DNA from: Escherichia coli
GTDB lineage: Bacteria; Pseudomonadota; Gammaproteobacteria; Enterobacterales; Enterobacteriaceae
Assembly: GCF_002854065.1 (NCBI RefSeq)
Contig: NZ_CP024147.1
Direction: 5' to 3' (one strand)
Length of the DNA: 64,000 nucleotides
Shown in pieces: positions 35,451-50,299 of the stretch. The notes beneath the pieces are model-generated. The model was not told the DNA's origin, did no database searches, and was given only the letters and a program-made list of their open reading frames with translations. Position 1 is the first letter of the stretch. Every line of letters begins with the position of its first letter. A program made the position numbers and the translations under genes.

Positions 35451-36506
35451 ATGAAAAGGAATTTATTATCTTCCGCTATTATAGTCGCCATCATGGCCCT
35501 CGGTCTGACGGGTTGTGATGATAAAAAAGCCGAAACAGAAACGCCCCCGCCTGCCAATAGTCAACCTGCCGCACCAGCTCCTGAAGCGAAACCTACTGAA
35601 GCTCCCGTTGCAAAAGCAGATGCTAAACCTGAAACACCTGCGCAACCGGTGGTCGATGAACAAGCGGTTTTCGACGAAAAAATGGATGTCTATATCAAGT
35701 GCTACAACAAGTTACAGATCCCTGTACAGAACAGTCTGGCGCGTTATGCTGACTGGCTGAAAGATTTTAAACAGGGGCCAACGGGTAAAGAGAGCCTTGT
35801 TTATGGCATCTACGGCATTAGTGAATCCAATCTCTCTGAGTGTCAAAAAGGAATAAAAAGAGTCGTGGCGTTAACGCCTGCGCTGCAACCTATTGATGGC
35901 GTGGCGGTGAGTTATATTGATGCTGCCGTGGCGTTGGGTAATACCATTAACGAAATGGATAAATATTACACCCAGGAAAATTATAAAGACGATGCGTTTG
36001 CGAAAGGGAAAACGCTGCACCAGACATTCTTAAAAAATCTGGAAGCCTTTGAACCTGTAGCAGAATCTTATCATGCGGCGATTCAGGAAATTAATGATAA
36101 GCGCCAGCTTGCGGAACTGAAAAATATTGAAGAAAGAGAAGGGAAAACATTCCACTACTACTCTCTGGCAGTCATGATTTCAGCGAAACAAATTAATAAC
36201 CTGATATCGCAAGAGAAGTTTGATGTTGATGCGGCAATGAAGAAAGTCTCTGAACTGGAAACGCTGGTAGCGCAGGCCAAAGAAGCGGATAAAGGCGGTA
36301 TGAATTTCTCGTTCATTAATTCGGCAGACCAGTATCAACTCGAGACTAAAAAATATGTTCGCCGCGTCAGAGATAAAGTCCCGTACTCTGACTGGGATAA
36401 AGAGCATCTTCAGGATGCAAACACAAGCTGGATGGTCGAAGACTCATTTCCACGAGCGTTACGCGAGTACAACGAAATGGTTGATGACTATAATAGCCTG
36501 CGTTAA
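35451..36506 (+). CDS. yiiG: Lipoprotein YiiG (DUF3829)
   Basis: 351-aa ORF with lipobox LTGC. Confidence 0.9.
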   Translation: MKRNLLSSAIIVAIMALGLTGCDDKKAETETPPPANSQPAAPAPEAKPTEAPVAKADAKPETPAQPVVDEQAVFDEKMDVYIKCYNKLQIPVQNSLARYADWLKDFKQGPTGKESLVYGIYGISESNLSECQKGIKRVVALTPALQPIDGVAVSYIDAAVALGNTINEMDKYYTQENYKDDAFAKGKTLHQTFLKNLEAFEPVAESYHAAIQEINDKRQLAELKNIEEREGKTFHYYSLAVMISAKQINNLISQEKFDVDAAMKKVSELETLVAQAKEADKGGMNFSFINSADQYQLETKKYVRRVRDKVPYSDWDKEHLQDANTSWMVEDSFPRALREYNEMVDDYNSLR

Positions 36507-36556
36507 ACGTTTTTGATGATAAATGCAGTGTCGGATGCGGCGCATCCGACACAGTT

Positions 36557-36993
36557 CACCCCTTGTGAAGTAACTCCATAAATGCCTCATATCCTGTTAA
36601 CCCGGCAATAACTTCTGCCGGATGCTGACACAATACGCTTGCCAGATAGCTGAATATTTTTAGCTCATGACGCGCATCGGCGGCGGCGCAGGCGATCAAA
36701 ACATGGTTAATGACTTCGTTATTCACCTCAACTGATTGGGCGAGGGTAATAAAAAATCCACGAAAACGTCGCTCCTGTTCGCTCCAGCAATGTGGGATGG
36801 CGAGGCGATTAACAATCAGGTTTTCACCTTCGCCTTCGCGGGCGATGATCCGTTGCGCTTCATCGGCGGTAATATGGTGTTGTGCGACTAATTGCGCACA
36901 AATTTGCCGGGTAATATGTTGCCAGCTTTCACCGCGTACATTCGAATAATGAAAACTTCCGGGGGCAGAGAAAAAACGCTCCGGTTGCTGGCG
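36557..36993 (-). pseudogene. frvR: frvR C-terminal fragment (PTS EIIA-like domain), 5' part removed by IS1
   Basis: Reverse-strand translation ...LIACAAADARHELKIFSYLASVLCQHPAEVIAGLTGYEAFMELLHKG*; interrupted by IS1 at 36994. Confidence 0.7.
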
Positions 36994-37008
36994 GGTAATG
37001 ACTCCAAC

Positions 37009-37512
37009 TTATTGATAGTGTTTTATGTTCAGATAATGCCCGATGACTTTGTCATGCAGCTCCACCGATTTTGAGAACGACAGCGACTTCCGTCCCAGCC
37101 GTGCCAGGTGCTGCCTCAGATTCAGGTTATGCCGCTCAATTCGCTGCGTATATCGCTTGCTGATTACGTGCAGCTTTCCCTTCAGGCGGGATTCATACAG
37201 CGGCCAGCCATCCGTCATCCATATCACCACGTCAAAGGGTGACAGCAGGCTCATAAGACGCCCCAGCGTCGCCATAGTGCGTTCACCGAATACGTGCGCA
37301 ACAACCGTCTTCCGGAGCCTGTCATACGCGTAAAACAGCCAGCGCTGGCGCGATTTAGCCCCGACGTATCCCCACTGTTCGTCCATTTCCGCGCAGACGA
37401 TGACGTCACTGCCCGGCTGTATGCGCGAGGTTACCGACTGCGGCCTGAGTTTTTTAAATGGCGGAAAATCGTGTTGAGGCCAACGCCCATAATGCGGGCG
37501 GTTGCCCGGCAT
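37009..37512 (-). CDS. insB: IS1 InsB
   Basis: Identical 167-aa product on minus strand. Confidence 0.93.
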   Translation of the reverse strand: MPGNRPHYGRWPQHDFPPFKKLRPQSVTSRIQPGSDVIVCAEMDEQWGYVGAKSRQRWLFYAYDRLRKTVVAHVFGERTMATLGRLMSLLSPFDVVIWMTDGWPLYESRLKGKLHVISKRYTQRIERHNLNLRQHLARLGRKSLSFSKSVELHDKVIGHYLNIKHYQ

Positions 37513-37706
37513 CCAACGCCATTCATGGCCATATCAATGATTTTCTGGTGCGTACCGGGTTGAGAAGCGGTGTAAGTGAACTGCAGTTGCCATGTTTTAC
37601 GGCAGTGAGAGCAGAGATAGCGCTGATGTCCGGCAGTGCTTTTGCCGTTACGCACCACCCCGTCAGTAGCTGAACAGGAGGGACAGCTGATAGAAACAGA
37701 AGCCAC
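37431..37706 (-). CDS. insA: IS1 InsA
   Basis: Identical 91-aa product on minus strand. Confidence 0.95.
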   Translation of the reverse strand: MASVSISCPSCSATDGVVRNGKSTAGHQRYLCSHCRKTWQLQFTYTASQPGTHQKIIDMAMNGVGCRATARIMGVGLNTIFRHLKNSGRSR

Positions 37707-37761
37707 TGGAGCACCTCAAAAACACCATCATACACTAAATCAGTAAGTTGGCAGCATCACC

Positions 37762-39063
37762 ATACGTCCCGAGGTAAATATTAAAGTTCTCCATATCCAT
37801 CACATTAGCGAACTGATAAGACGCATGAATGGTGTGAATGGTGTACGTCCCTTCATCATCAATCCAGCAGTCGTTATCACAAACTACACCGCTGAATTCA
37901 TCAATCTTATTGTGCGCGTAGATATAACCGAGCTCGAAACGTTTCCACAGCGCGTTAATCCCGGCAGTGAAATCTTTCTCATTATTAGCATCTAAATAGG
38001 CGGTATTAAGATTAACCACAATGCCATTGTCCGGATCCGTTTTCAGGCCGTTCCAGGTCATGCTCATACCATAGCCGGTACGATCGGACTGATCGACAAA
38101 ATTACCCTTGCTATCGGTATAACCATAAGCATTATTTACCACGTTCGCTTCCATCGCTGCGGAAACGGTGAATTCTTCCGTCGGCGACCAGGCAATTACT
38201 GGGCGCAGATAAGCAACATTTTTCTGCTGCTCCATATCGCGTCCATGATAATTACCGTCATTATATAAAGATGTTCCGTCTTCAAGTAACGTATTTAATT
38301 CAAAATACCAGTTATCGAGTTGTTTGCTGACGAGGAAATTACCGCCAGCGTTAGAGCGCCCGCGGCCCTCTTTCATCATATAGATATAACCGCTGCCATC
38401 GTCATAAAGATCGTTCGCAGTATTACCGGAATGTTCAACAAAGGTATCCTGATTCAGCGGGAACATATCGTAGGCTTCAAAACGGCCTACTTTGACCTTC
38501 CAGTCGTTTTCTTTGCCAAAGAAGAATACCGCATCATCGATATTTACTGAACCGTGCATATCACCCAGCGGTTGTGCGGAGAACCCGGCGAAATAACCGT
38601 TGTCCATCTTTCGCATACCGTCAAAACCTAACAGAATACGACCATTGAGATTCCACTGTTCATTAGTGGGATCGCTATTCACATCAGCGTTGGTCATTGC
38701 CAGCAGGCCATGATTACTTTCCGCATCCATATTAAATTCTACGTCGCCGTAGATTTTTAAATCGCCATAACCTGAAAGCAAAAGATTAGGTGAGGTGGCA
38801 TTTTTCTTTGCAGATTCCGTCGTTGCCTGTCCATTTACCGGCGTATTGCCCTGAGCGGCCTTAATTTCGCGGATCTCAGCGGCTTGTTGTGTCTGCAGCT
38901 GTTTAACCTGGCTCTCTGCTTTTGCTGCCCGCATTTCTGCCGCTTCCAGGCGTTCTTCCAGCAATGCCATGCGTTGTTCCAGCGTTAAATGCTGTGTTTT
39001 TGCCATACCGGTACTACATGCCAATAATAAACCGATGGCTAAAGATAATGTCGATTTTTTCAT
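37762..39063 (-). pseudogene. LamB/ScrY-family carbohydrate porin with N-terminal coiled-coil extension, 3'-truncated by IS1
   Basis: Signal peptide MKKSTLSLAIGLLLA, coiled-coil LEQRMALLEERLEAAEMRAAKAESQVKQLQ, then aromatic-rich beta-barrel-like sequence; ORF runs into IS1 (terminal GDAANLLI is IS1-encoded). Confidence 0.6.
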
Positions 39064-39540
39064 TATTTACGTTCCCTGAAATAAAGGAGGCCCTACGCTT
39101 TCCAAAAGGAATACGTATATAGAGAAATATAAAGTGTGCACTTTCGAATTTTTAATCCAACTTCAGCAGGCCGATGGATAGTATCCCGCCGCATAATATG
39201 AGTAAATCCGCTGATTTCCTGGAACGTGAGGAATATAACAATAGTGCCGTTTTTAACTAAATATCGTAAAAAATATTAGATATGATTCACGCTGACTCAT
39301 AAGCCACAAATATAAATAATGTTTAGACAAATTATCTGAGACATTTAAACATTCACAAAATCATTAAAGAATGATTTTTTATTCACAAGATTTATTTTAC
39401 CTACTAATATGTGCCTTACGCCGCAAAATTTATCCTTCACTCTGCTTTATATTGTCACGACTTCACGACATATCCGCGCTCATCACAAACCCGCCCCGCT
39501 ATTACAATTAACGTAAATATTTTTTCATGGAGTCCGATTA

Positions 39541-39694
39541 ATGGCAGCTCTTACTGCAAGCTGTATTGACCTGAATATTCAGGGCAATGGCACTTATTCC
39601 ATTCTGAAACAGTTAGCGACAATGGCGTTACAAAACGGTTTTATCACCGACTCACACCAGTTCCTGCAAACCCTGCTGCTGCGCGAAAAAATGC
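39541..39694 (+). pseudogene. frvA: frvA 5' fragment (PTS fructose-like EIIA), truncated by IS1 and on opposite strand from frvR fragment
   Basis: Translation MAALTASCIDLNIQGNGTYSILKQLATMALQNGFITDSHQFLQTLLLREKM then IS1. Confidence 0.75.
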
Positions 39695-39749
39695 GGTGAT
39701 GCTGCCAACTTACTGATTTAGTGTATGATGGTGTTTTTGAGGTGCTCCA

Positions 39750-40025
39750 GTGGCTTCTGTTTCTATCAGCTGTCCCTCCTGTTCAGCTACTGACGGGGTG
39801 GTGCGTAACGGCAAAAGCACTGCCGGACATCAGCGCTATCTCTGCTCTCACTGCCGTAAAACATGGCAACTGCAGTTCACTTACACCGCTTCTCAACCCG
39901 GTACGCACCAGAAAATCATTGATATGGCCATGAATGGCGTTGGATGCCGGGCAACCGCCCGCATTATGGGCGTTGGCCTCAACACGATTTTCCGCCATTT
40001 AAAAAACTCAGGCCGCAGTCGGTAA
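39750..40025 (+). CDS. insA: IS1 InsA
   Basis: Identical 91-aa product. Confidence 0.95.
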   Translation: MASVSISCPSCSATDGVVRNGKSTAGHQRYLCSHCRKTWQLQFTYTASQPGTHQKIIDMAMNGVGCRATARIMGVGLNTIFRHLKNSGRSR

Positions 40026-40447
40026 CCTCGCGCATACAGCCGGGCAGTGACGTCATCGTCTGCGCGGAAATGGACGAACAGTGGGGATACGTCGGGGCTA
40101 AATCGCGCCAGCGCTGGCTGTTTTACGCGTATGACAGGCTCCGGAAGACGGTTGTTGCGCACGTATTCGGTGAACGCACTATGGCGACGCTGGGGCGTCT
40201 TATGAGCCTGCTGTCACCCTTTGACGTGGTGATATGGATGACGGATGGCTGGCCGCTGTATGAATCCCGCCTGAAGGGAAAGCTGCACGTAATCAGCAAG
40301 CGATATACGCAGCGAATTGAGCGGCATAACCTGAATCTGAGGCAGCACCTGGCACGGCTGGGACGGAAGTCGCTGTCGTTCTCAAAATCGGTGGAGCTGC
40401 ATGACAAAGTCATCGGGCATTATCTGAACATAAAACACTATCAATAA
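39944..40447 (+). CDS. insB: IS1 InsB
   Basis: Identical 167-aa product. Confidence 0.93.
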   Translation: MPGNRPHYGRWPQHDFPPFKKLRPQSVTSRIQPGSDVIVCAEMDEQWGYVGAKSRQRWLFYAYDRLRKTVVAHVFGERTMATLGRLMSLLSPFDVVIWMTDGWPLYESRLKGKLHVISKRYTQRIERHNLNLRQHLARLGRKSLSFSKSVELHDKVIGHYLNIKHYQ

Positions 40448-40604
40448 GTTGGAGTCATTACCGGGACGTATTACTCCATTCTGGATAGCGACGGCGATAA
40501 AAAACACGGTGATGATACTGATGACCGTTACGGCGCACGCGTTCGCTTTAAATACTTCTTCTGATGAAGGCGCGGTGCTGGATATTTTCCGGCACCGCAA
40601 CTCA

Positions 40605-40919
40605 TTAAGGCAGGTAAAACACTTCTTGCAGCTCGCTACTCACCGGGCTGTTATCCGGGTTAGCTGGCATAACGTCGGTCATATATTTCCACCAACGTTG
40701 GCAGATTTCAGTGCTGGCTACCGCATTCCACCGTTCTTCAGATTCAATCTCTACCATGGCAAACAGCAGATTACGCGCTTTGTCGAGGTAAATGGCGTAG
40801 TTATGCGCACCGTGAGATTTCAACACTGCTTCCAGTTCCGGCCAGATGGGGTTATGCCGACGCTGATACTCTTCGTGGGCGTCGGGGTTAACCTGCATGA
40901 CAAAGGCTTTGCGGATCAT
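40605..40919 (-). CDS. rhaM: L-rhamnose mutarotase
   Basis: 104-aa [33 protein letters not shown]. Confidence 0.95.
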   Translation of the reverse strand: MIRKAFVMQVNPDAHEEYQRRHNPIWPELEAVLKSHGAHNYAIYLDKARNLLFAMVEIESEERWNAVASTEICQRWWKYMTDVMPANPDNSPVSSELQEVFYLP

Positions 40920-40928
40920 GTTTGCTCC

Positions 40929-41753
40929 TTACAGCGCCAGCGCACTGGCTAGTGGTGTAACGCCGAAGCGCTTGCCGAGCGCTATCAACTCTTCACGGCT
41001 GATGGTCTGTTTCATGCCGCCCATCGAATAAATCTTCACTAATACTTGTGCTGATTTTTCTGCGGTGTCGATTAAACCGAATGTTTCATCCAGCGTCGGT
41101 CCGGAACCGAACACACCGTGGAAGGGCCACAACACCAGCGAATGTTTCTGCATCTCTTGTGCGGTCGCCTGGCCGATTTCGTCCGTGCCGGGCACCATCC
41201 ACGGCAGAATGCCAACGCCATCCGGGAATACCACCAGACACTCGGTGCTGCCTTCCCACAGTTGGCGAGTAAAGACCGCGGTGTCGTTTTCCAGTACATA
41301 GGTGAGGGCGATCAGGTTGGTGGCGTGGCAGTGCATGATCACCCGATCTTTACCGTTGGTGGCTTTAATGCGCTCGCAGTGGGAGAGAAAGTGAGCCGGA
41401 AGTTCAGAAGTTGGAACGGCTTCGTTGGTTAACCCCCAGAGAATATGGTAGCCCGCGCCGTCGCTGTCGACTTTTACGACGCCTAAGTTAGCTGCAGGAT
41501 CAAGCTGGACGTTACGGAAGAATTTGCCGGAGCCGGTGACAATAAACGGCGTATTTGCCAGTAAAGGCATGGGCTGGCTGAGCGGAATATAGCGCGGTTG
41601 TGGGTGGAAGTTGTCGTGATAAAGCGCGATATCGGCGTCATCCAGGCGCAGCGTCAGGTTGCCGCCGTTGCGCTCGTCCCAGCCTTTCAGCCAGGCATCG
41701 GTGGTGGCTTTGATCATTCCCTGGACAAACCAGGACTGGGTAATGTTTTGCAT
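40929..41753 (-). CDS. rhaD: Rhamnulose-1-phosphate aldolase
   Basis: Start chosen at [32 protein letters not shown] (274 aa). Confidence 0.95.
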   Translation of the reverse strand: MQNITQSWFVQGMIKATTDAWLKGWDERNGGNLTLRLDDADIALYHDNFHPQPRYIPLSQPMPLLANTPFIVTGSGKFFRNVQLDPAANLGVVKVDSDGAGYHILWGLTNEAVPTSELPAHFLSHCERIKATNGKDRVIMHCHATNLIALTYVLENDTAVFTRQLWEGSTECLVVFPDGVGILPWMVPGTDEIGQATAQEMQKHSLVLWPFHGVFGSGPTLDETFGLIDTAEKSAQVLVKIYSMGGMKQTISREELIALGKRFGVTPLASALAL

Positions 41754-41789
41754 GTTCTGTGTTCCTGTAAATTCGGTGTTGTCGGATGC

Positions 41790-42195
41790 ACGACCCGTAG
41801 GCCGGATAAGGCGCTCGTGCCGCATCCGGCAATCAATGCCTGATGCGACGCTGTCGCGTCTTATCAGGCCTACAACTATTGCCGACCTGTAGGCCGGATA
41901 AGGCACTTGTGCCGCATCCGGCAATCAATGCCTGATGCGACGCTGTTGCGTCTTATCAGGCCTACAACTGTTGCCGACCTGTAGGCCGGATAAGGCACTT
42001 GTGCCGCATCCGGCAATCAATGCCTGATGCGACGCTGTCGCGTCTTATCAGGCCTACAACTATTGCCGACCTGTAGGCCGGATAAGGCACTTGTGCCGCA
42101 TCCGGCAATCAATGCCTGATGCGATGTCGCGTCTTATCAGGCCTACAACTGTTGCCGACCTGTAGGCCGGATAAGGCACTTGTGCCGCATCCGGC
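41790..42195. repeat. BIME/REP tandem array in rhaD-rhaA intergenic region
   Basis: About 4.5 tandem units containing gtaggccggataaggcacttgtgccgcatccggc and gcctgatgcgacgctgtcgcgtcttatcaggcc palindromes. Confidence 0.9.
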
Positions 42196-42200
42196 AGTGT

Positions 42201-45213
<3,013 letters not shown>

Positions 45214-46050
45214 ATGACCGTATTACATAGTGTGGATTTTTTTCCGTCTGGTAACGCGTCCGTGGCGATAGAACCCCGGCTCCCGCAGGCGGATTTTCCT
45301 GAACATCATCATGATTTTCATGAAATTGTGATTGTCGAACATGGCACGGGTATTCATGTGTTTAATGGGCAGCCCTATACCATCACCGGTGGCACGGTCT
45401 GTTTTGTGCGCGACCATGATCGGCATCTGTATGAACATACCGATAATCTGTGTCTGACCAATGTGCTATATCGCTCGCCGGATCGATTTCAGTTTCTCGC
45501 CGGGCTGAATCAGTTGCTGCCACAAGAGCTGGATGGGCAGTATCCGTCTCACTGGCGCGTTAACCACAGCGTATTGCAGCAGGTGCGACAGCTGGTTGCA
45601 CAGATGGAACAGCAGGAAGGGGAAAATGATTTACCCTCGACCGCCAGTCGCGAGATCTTGTTTATGCAATTACTGCTCTTGCTGCGTAAAAGCAGTTTGC
45701 AGGAGAACCTGGAAAACAGCGCATCACGTCTCAACTTGCTTCTGGCCTGGCTGGAGGACCATTTTGCCGATGAGGTGAATTGGGATGCCGTGGCGGATCA
45801 ATTTTCTCTTTCGCTGCGTACGCTACATCGGCAGCTTAAGCAGCAAACGGGACTGACGCCTCAGCGTTACCTGAACCGCCTGCGACTGATGAAGGCTCGA
45901 CATCTGCTACGTCACAGCGAGGCCAGCGTTACTGACATCGCCTATCATTGCGGATTCAGCGACAGTAACCACTTTTCAACGCTTTTTCGCCGAGAGTTTA
46001 ACTGGTCACCGCGTGATATTCGTCAGGGACGGGATGGCTTTCTGCAATAA
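45214..46050 (+). CDS. rhaS: AraC-family activator RhaS
   Basis: 278-aa ORF with cupin N-domain and C-terminal AraC HTH. Confidence 0.96.
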   Translation: MTVLHSVDFFPSGNASVAIEPRLPQADFPEHHHDFHEIVIVEHGTGIHVFNGQPYTITGGTVCFVRDHDRHLYEHTDNLCLTNVLYRSPDRFQFLAGLNQLLPQELDGQYPSHWRVNHSVLQQVRQLVAQMEQQEGENDLPSTASREILFMQLLLLLRKSSLQENLENSASRLNLLLAWLEDHFADEVNWDAVADQFSLSLRTLHRQLKQQTGLTPQRYLNRLRLMKARHLLRHSEASVTDIAYHCGFSDSNHFSTLFRREFNWSPRDIRQGRDGFLQ

Positions 46051-46123
46051 CGCGAATCTTCTCAACGTATTTGTACGCCATATTGCGAATAATCAACTTC
46101 GTTCTCTGGCCGAGGTAGCCACG

Positions 46124-46972
46124 GTGGCGCATCAGTTAAAACTTCTCAAAGATGATTTTTTTGCCAGCGACCAGCAGGCAGTCGCTGTGGCTGACCGTTA
46201 TCCGCAAGATGTCTTTGCTGAACATACACATGATTTTTGTGAGCTGGTGATTGTCTGGCGCGGTAATGGTCTGCATGTACTCAACGATCGCCCTTATCGC
46301 ATTACCCGTGGCGATCTCTTTTACATTCATGCTGACGATAAACACTCCTACGCTTCCGTTAACGATCTGGTTTTGCAGAATATTATTTATTGCCCGGAGC
46401 GGCTGAAGCTGAATCTTGACTGGCAGGGGGCGATTCCGGGATTTAGCGCCAGCGCAGGGCAACCACACTGGCGCTTAGGTAGCATGGGGATGGCACAGGC
46501 GCGGCAGGTTATCGGTCAGCTTGAGCATGAAAGTAGTCAGCATGTGCCGTTTGCTAACGAAATGGCAGAGTTGCTGTTCGGGCAGTTGGTGATGTTGCTG
46601 AATCGCCATCGTTACACCAGTGATTCGTTGCCGCCAACATCCAGCGAAACGTTGCTGGATAAGCTGATTACCCGGTTGGCGGCTAGCCTGAAAAGTCCCT
46701 TTGCGCTGGATAAATTTTGTGATGAGGCATCGTGCAGTGAGCGCGTTTTGCGTCAGCAATTTCGCCAGCAGACTGGAATGACCATCAATCAATATCTGCG
46801 GCAGGTCAGAGTGTGTCATGCGCAATATCTTCTCCAGCATAGCCGCCTGTTAATCAGTGATATTTCGACCGAATGTGGCTTTGAAGATAGTAACTATTTT
46901 TCGGTGGTGTTTACCCGGGAAACCGGGATGACGCCCAGCCAGTGGCGCCATCTCAATTCGCAGAAAGATTAA
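46124..46972 (+). CDS. rhaR: AraC-family activator RhaR
   Basis: In-frame GTG start giving (M)[17 protein letters not shown]; overlaps rhaS 3' region in long ORF 46013-46972. Confidence 0.88.
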
Positions 46973-48003
46973 TTCGCCATGCCGATGCCGACGATGTTAG
47001 CGGCGACAATAATCACCACACAACCGAGGCTCAACACCGTTACCGGACGGCGTCCTGCATTGTTCCACTCTTTCAGCTCCAGCCCGACGATACCGCCGCA
47101 CAATACATAGAAACTCATATGCAGCATCCAACTGATGTAGTCATACTGCGCCGGAATGCGGGCGTGGCCCCAGGCATAGAAAAAGAATTGCAGATACCAC
47201 ATCAACCCGCCCAGTGCCGAGAGTAACACATTGTGAATGATCAGCGATTTTGCCAGCGAGAAGTCGGATTTTAGCGACAAATCCTTCACTTTTGCCAGAC
47301 GAATAAAACAGAAACCGAGGTTAATGATCGCGCCGCCGCCCATGATGACAACATAGCTTGGCAGAGCGACATACAGTGGATCGACGCCTAGTGCGGCAGC
47401 GGCTTCATGCATCGGTTTTGCGGCGTTCATCGCAAAGGACATCCCGGCAGAGAAAATGCCGCACATCACCGCCAGCACCAGTCCTTTTTTCAGATTGAAC
47501 TCTTCGGCTTTAATGCCCATCTTGCGCTCTTTCAACTGCCCGGCTCGAGTTACAATCCCTACGCCAATCAGCGCCACCAGAACGCCGAGCAACGTCATGC
47601 GTCCGCCTTCGGTGCTAATCAACACATCGAAATTGCCGTTGATAATTGGCGTCATCAGCGTACCGACAATCAACGTAATGCCAATGGCGATGCCAATTCC
47701 CATCGACATGCCGAGATAACGCATGGTCAGGCCGTAGTTGATATTACCGATCCCCCACATAGCGCCGAACAGAAAAACAGGCAGCAGCGTAGAGAGACTA
47801 AACGAGCTGTAATACGCCCAGAAATTCGGTAGTAACAGGGCGCTGATGGCCCACGGCAGAATAATCCACGAAACAATCCCACCGACTGACCACATGGTTT
47901 CCCATGACCATTTTTTTACTTTTTTGAACGGAGCGTAAAAACAGGCTGCACTGGCCGCGCCGATCAAATGCCAAAATATCCCCATCGTAATCGCGTTACT
48001 CAT
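46969..48003 (-). CDS. rhaT: L-rhamnose-proton symporter
   Basis: 344-aa 10-TM ORF. Confidence 0.95.
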
Positions 48004-48287
48004 CTTCTTATCCTCATCATTTTTCGTCGCGTCACATCTCCGACGAGATGAGTGTAAAAATCGTGCTGTCGATTAACCTTTCGCCTGTTGCCGCCGTTGT
48101 CGATTTACTGGCAATCACGGCATTAAGTGGGTGATTTGCTTCACATCTCGGGCATTTTCCTGCAAAACCATACCCTTACGAAAAGTACGGCATTGATAAT
48201 CATTTTCAATATCATTTAATTAACTATAATGAACCAACTGCTTACGCGGCATTAACAATCGGCCGCCCGACAATACTGGAGATGAAT

Positions 48288-48908
48288 ATGAGCTATACCC
48301 TGCCATCCCTGCCGTATGCTTACGATGCCCTGGAACCGCACTTCGATAAGCAGACCATGGAAATCCACCACACCAAACACCATCAGACCTACGTCAACAA
48401 CGCCAACGCGGCGTTGGAAAGCCTGCCAGAATTTGCCAACCTGCCGGTTGAAGAGCTGATCACCAAACTGGACCAGCTGCCAGCAGACAAGAAAACCGTA
48501 CTGCGCAACAACGCTGGCGGTCACGCTAACCACAGCCTGTTCTGGAAAGGTCTGAAAAAAGGCACCACCCTGCAGGGTGACCTGAAAGCGGCTATCGAAC
48601 GTGACTTCGGCTCCGTTGATAACTTCAAAGCAGAATTTGAAAAAGCGGCAGCTTCCCGCTTTGGTTCCGGCTGGGCATGGCTGGTGCTGAAAGGCGATAA
48701 ACTGGCGGTGGTTTCTACTGCTAACCAGGACTCCCCGCTGATGGGTGAAGCTATTTCTGGCGCTTCCGGCTTCCCGATTCTGGGCCTGGATGTGTGGGAA
48801 CATGCTTACTACCTGAAATTCCAGAACCGCCGTCCGGACTACATCAAAGAGTTCTGGAACGTGGTGAACTGGGACGAAGCAGCGGCACGTTTCGCGGCGA
48901 AAAAATAA
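48288..48908 (+). CDS. sodA: Manganese superoxide dismutase
   Basis: [32 protein letters not shown] with Mn/Fe-SOD metal ligands. Confidence 0.98.
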   Translation: MSYTLPSLPYAYDALEPHFDKQTMEIHHTKHHQTYVNNANAALESLPEFANLPVEELITKLDQLPADKKTVLRNNAGGHANHSLFWKGLKKGTTLQGDLKAAIERDFGSVDNFKAEFEKAAASRFGSGWAWLVLKGDKLAVVSTANQDSPLMGEAISGASGFPILGLDVWEHAYYLKFQNRRPDYIKEFWNVVNWDEAAARFAAKK

Positions 48909-49167
48909 TCATTTGCCGTCTGCTGCAATGAGGCGTTTACGCCGCATATCAGCTTAAAAAATGAACCATCGCCAATGGCGGTGGTTTTTTTGTGATCAAT
49001 TTCAAAATAAAAACAATGATCCTATAAAAATAAAACAGTGTTTCAATTGATGTGGTTTTGATCACTTTTATTGATTAAATGAATGTCTATCTTCGTTTCC
49101 ATCAACACTGATGCTCCATTGAGGAATTACGCATCAGCCCTTAAAAATATGCCGACAGGTGATGGAA

Positions 49168-50151
49168 ATGCAGATAAAACGCTCGATTGAGAAAATCCCG
49201 GGGGGGATGATGCTCGTCCCGCTATTCCTTGGCGCACTGTGCCACACCTTCTCGCCGGGGGCGGGGAAATATTTTGGATCATTCACCAACGGGATGATTA
49301 CCGGTACGGTGCCCATTCTGGCGGTGTGGTTTTTTTGCATGGGGGCGTCAATAAAATTAAGCGCGACGGGAACGGTACTGCGTAAATCCGGTACGCTGGT
49401 GGTAACTAAAATTGCCGTCGCGTGGGTGGTTGCGGCAATTGCCTCGCGCATTATTCCGGAACATGGTGTTGAAGTTGGATTCTTTGCCGGACTTTCAACG
49501 CTGGCGCTGGTGGCGGCGATGGATATGACCAACGGCGGACTTTACGCTTCCATCATGCAGCAGTACGGCACAAAAGAAGAAGCTGGGGCATTTGTGTTGA
49601 TGTCGTTGGAGTCCGGGCCGCTCATGACGATGATTATTCTGGGCACTGCCGGGATTGCCTCGTTTGAACCGCATGTTTTCGTCGGCGCAGTATTACCGTT
49701 CCTGGTGGGCTTTGCCCTTGGGAACCTTGACCCTGAATTACGAGAATTTTTCAGCAAAGCGGTGCAGACGCTGATTCCATTCTTTGCCTTCGCACTAGGC
49801 AATACCATTGATTTGACTGTAATTGCCCAGACAGGTTTGCTGGGGATCCTGTTGGGTGTGGCAGTAATTATCGTGACCGGTATTCCGTTGATTATCGCCG
49901 ATAAATTGATTGGCGGTGGCGATGGCACTGCCGGAATTGCCGCTTCCAGTTCCGCAGGGGCCGCGGTAGCGACACCTGTGCTGATTGCAGAAATGGTGCC
50001 TGCGTTTAAACCGATGGCTCCGGCAGCAACTTCGCTGGTAGCGACGGCAGTCATTGTGACTTCGATTCTGGTGCCAATTCTTACCTCTATCTGGTCACGT
50101 AAAGTCAAAGCCAGAGCGGCGAAAATCGAAATTTTAGGTACGGTGAAATAA
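49168..50151 (+). CDS. kdgT: 2-keto-3-deoxygluconate permease
   Basis: 327-aa membrane [26 protein letters not shown]. Confidence 0.93.
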
Positions 50152-50299
50152 ACCTGCTTCCTTAATCCCCACCGCCGGATGAACTAACGTTCGTCCGGTT
50201 TGCTATTGAGTTCCTGCCTGGATACTTACCGCGAAAACAGCACGCCTGACATAAAATAAATATGGTCTAATGGGGAAATTTCTCGTGGAGAGGGAACAG

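Larger units (their letters stand above)
36994..37761 (-). mobile_element. IS1 insertion sequence, copy 3 (inverted orientation)
   Basis: Reverse complement of canonical IS1; InsA/InsB identical to other copies. Confidence 0.97.
39695..40462 (+). mobile_element. IS1 insertion sequence, copy 4
   Basis: Canonical IS1 ends; identical ORFs. Confidence 0.97.

Noticed and set aside
41790-42195. Possible CRISPR array, because of regular repeats
   Set aside because: The units are contiguous REP/BIME palindromes with no unique spacers and no cas genes, so this is not CRISPR.
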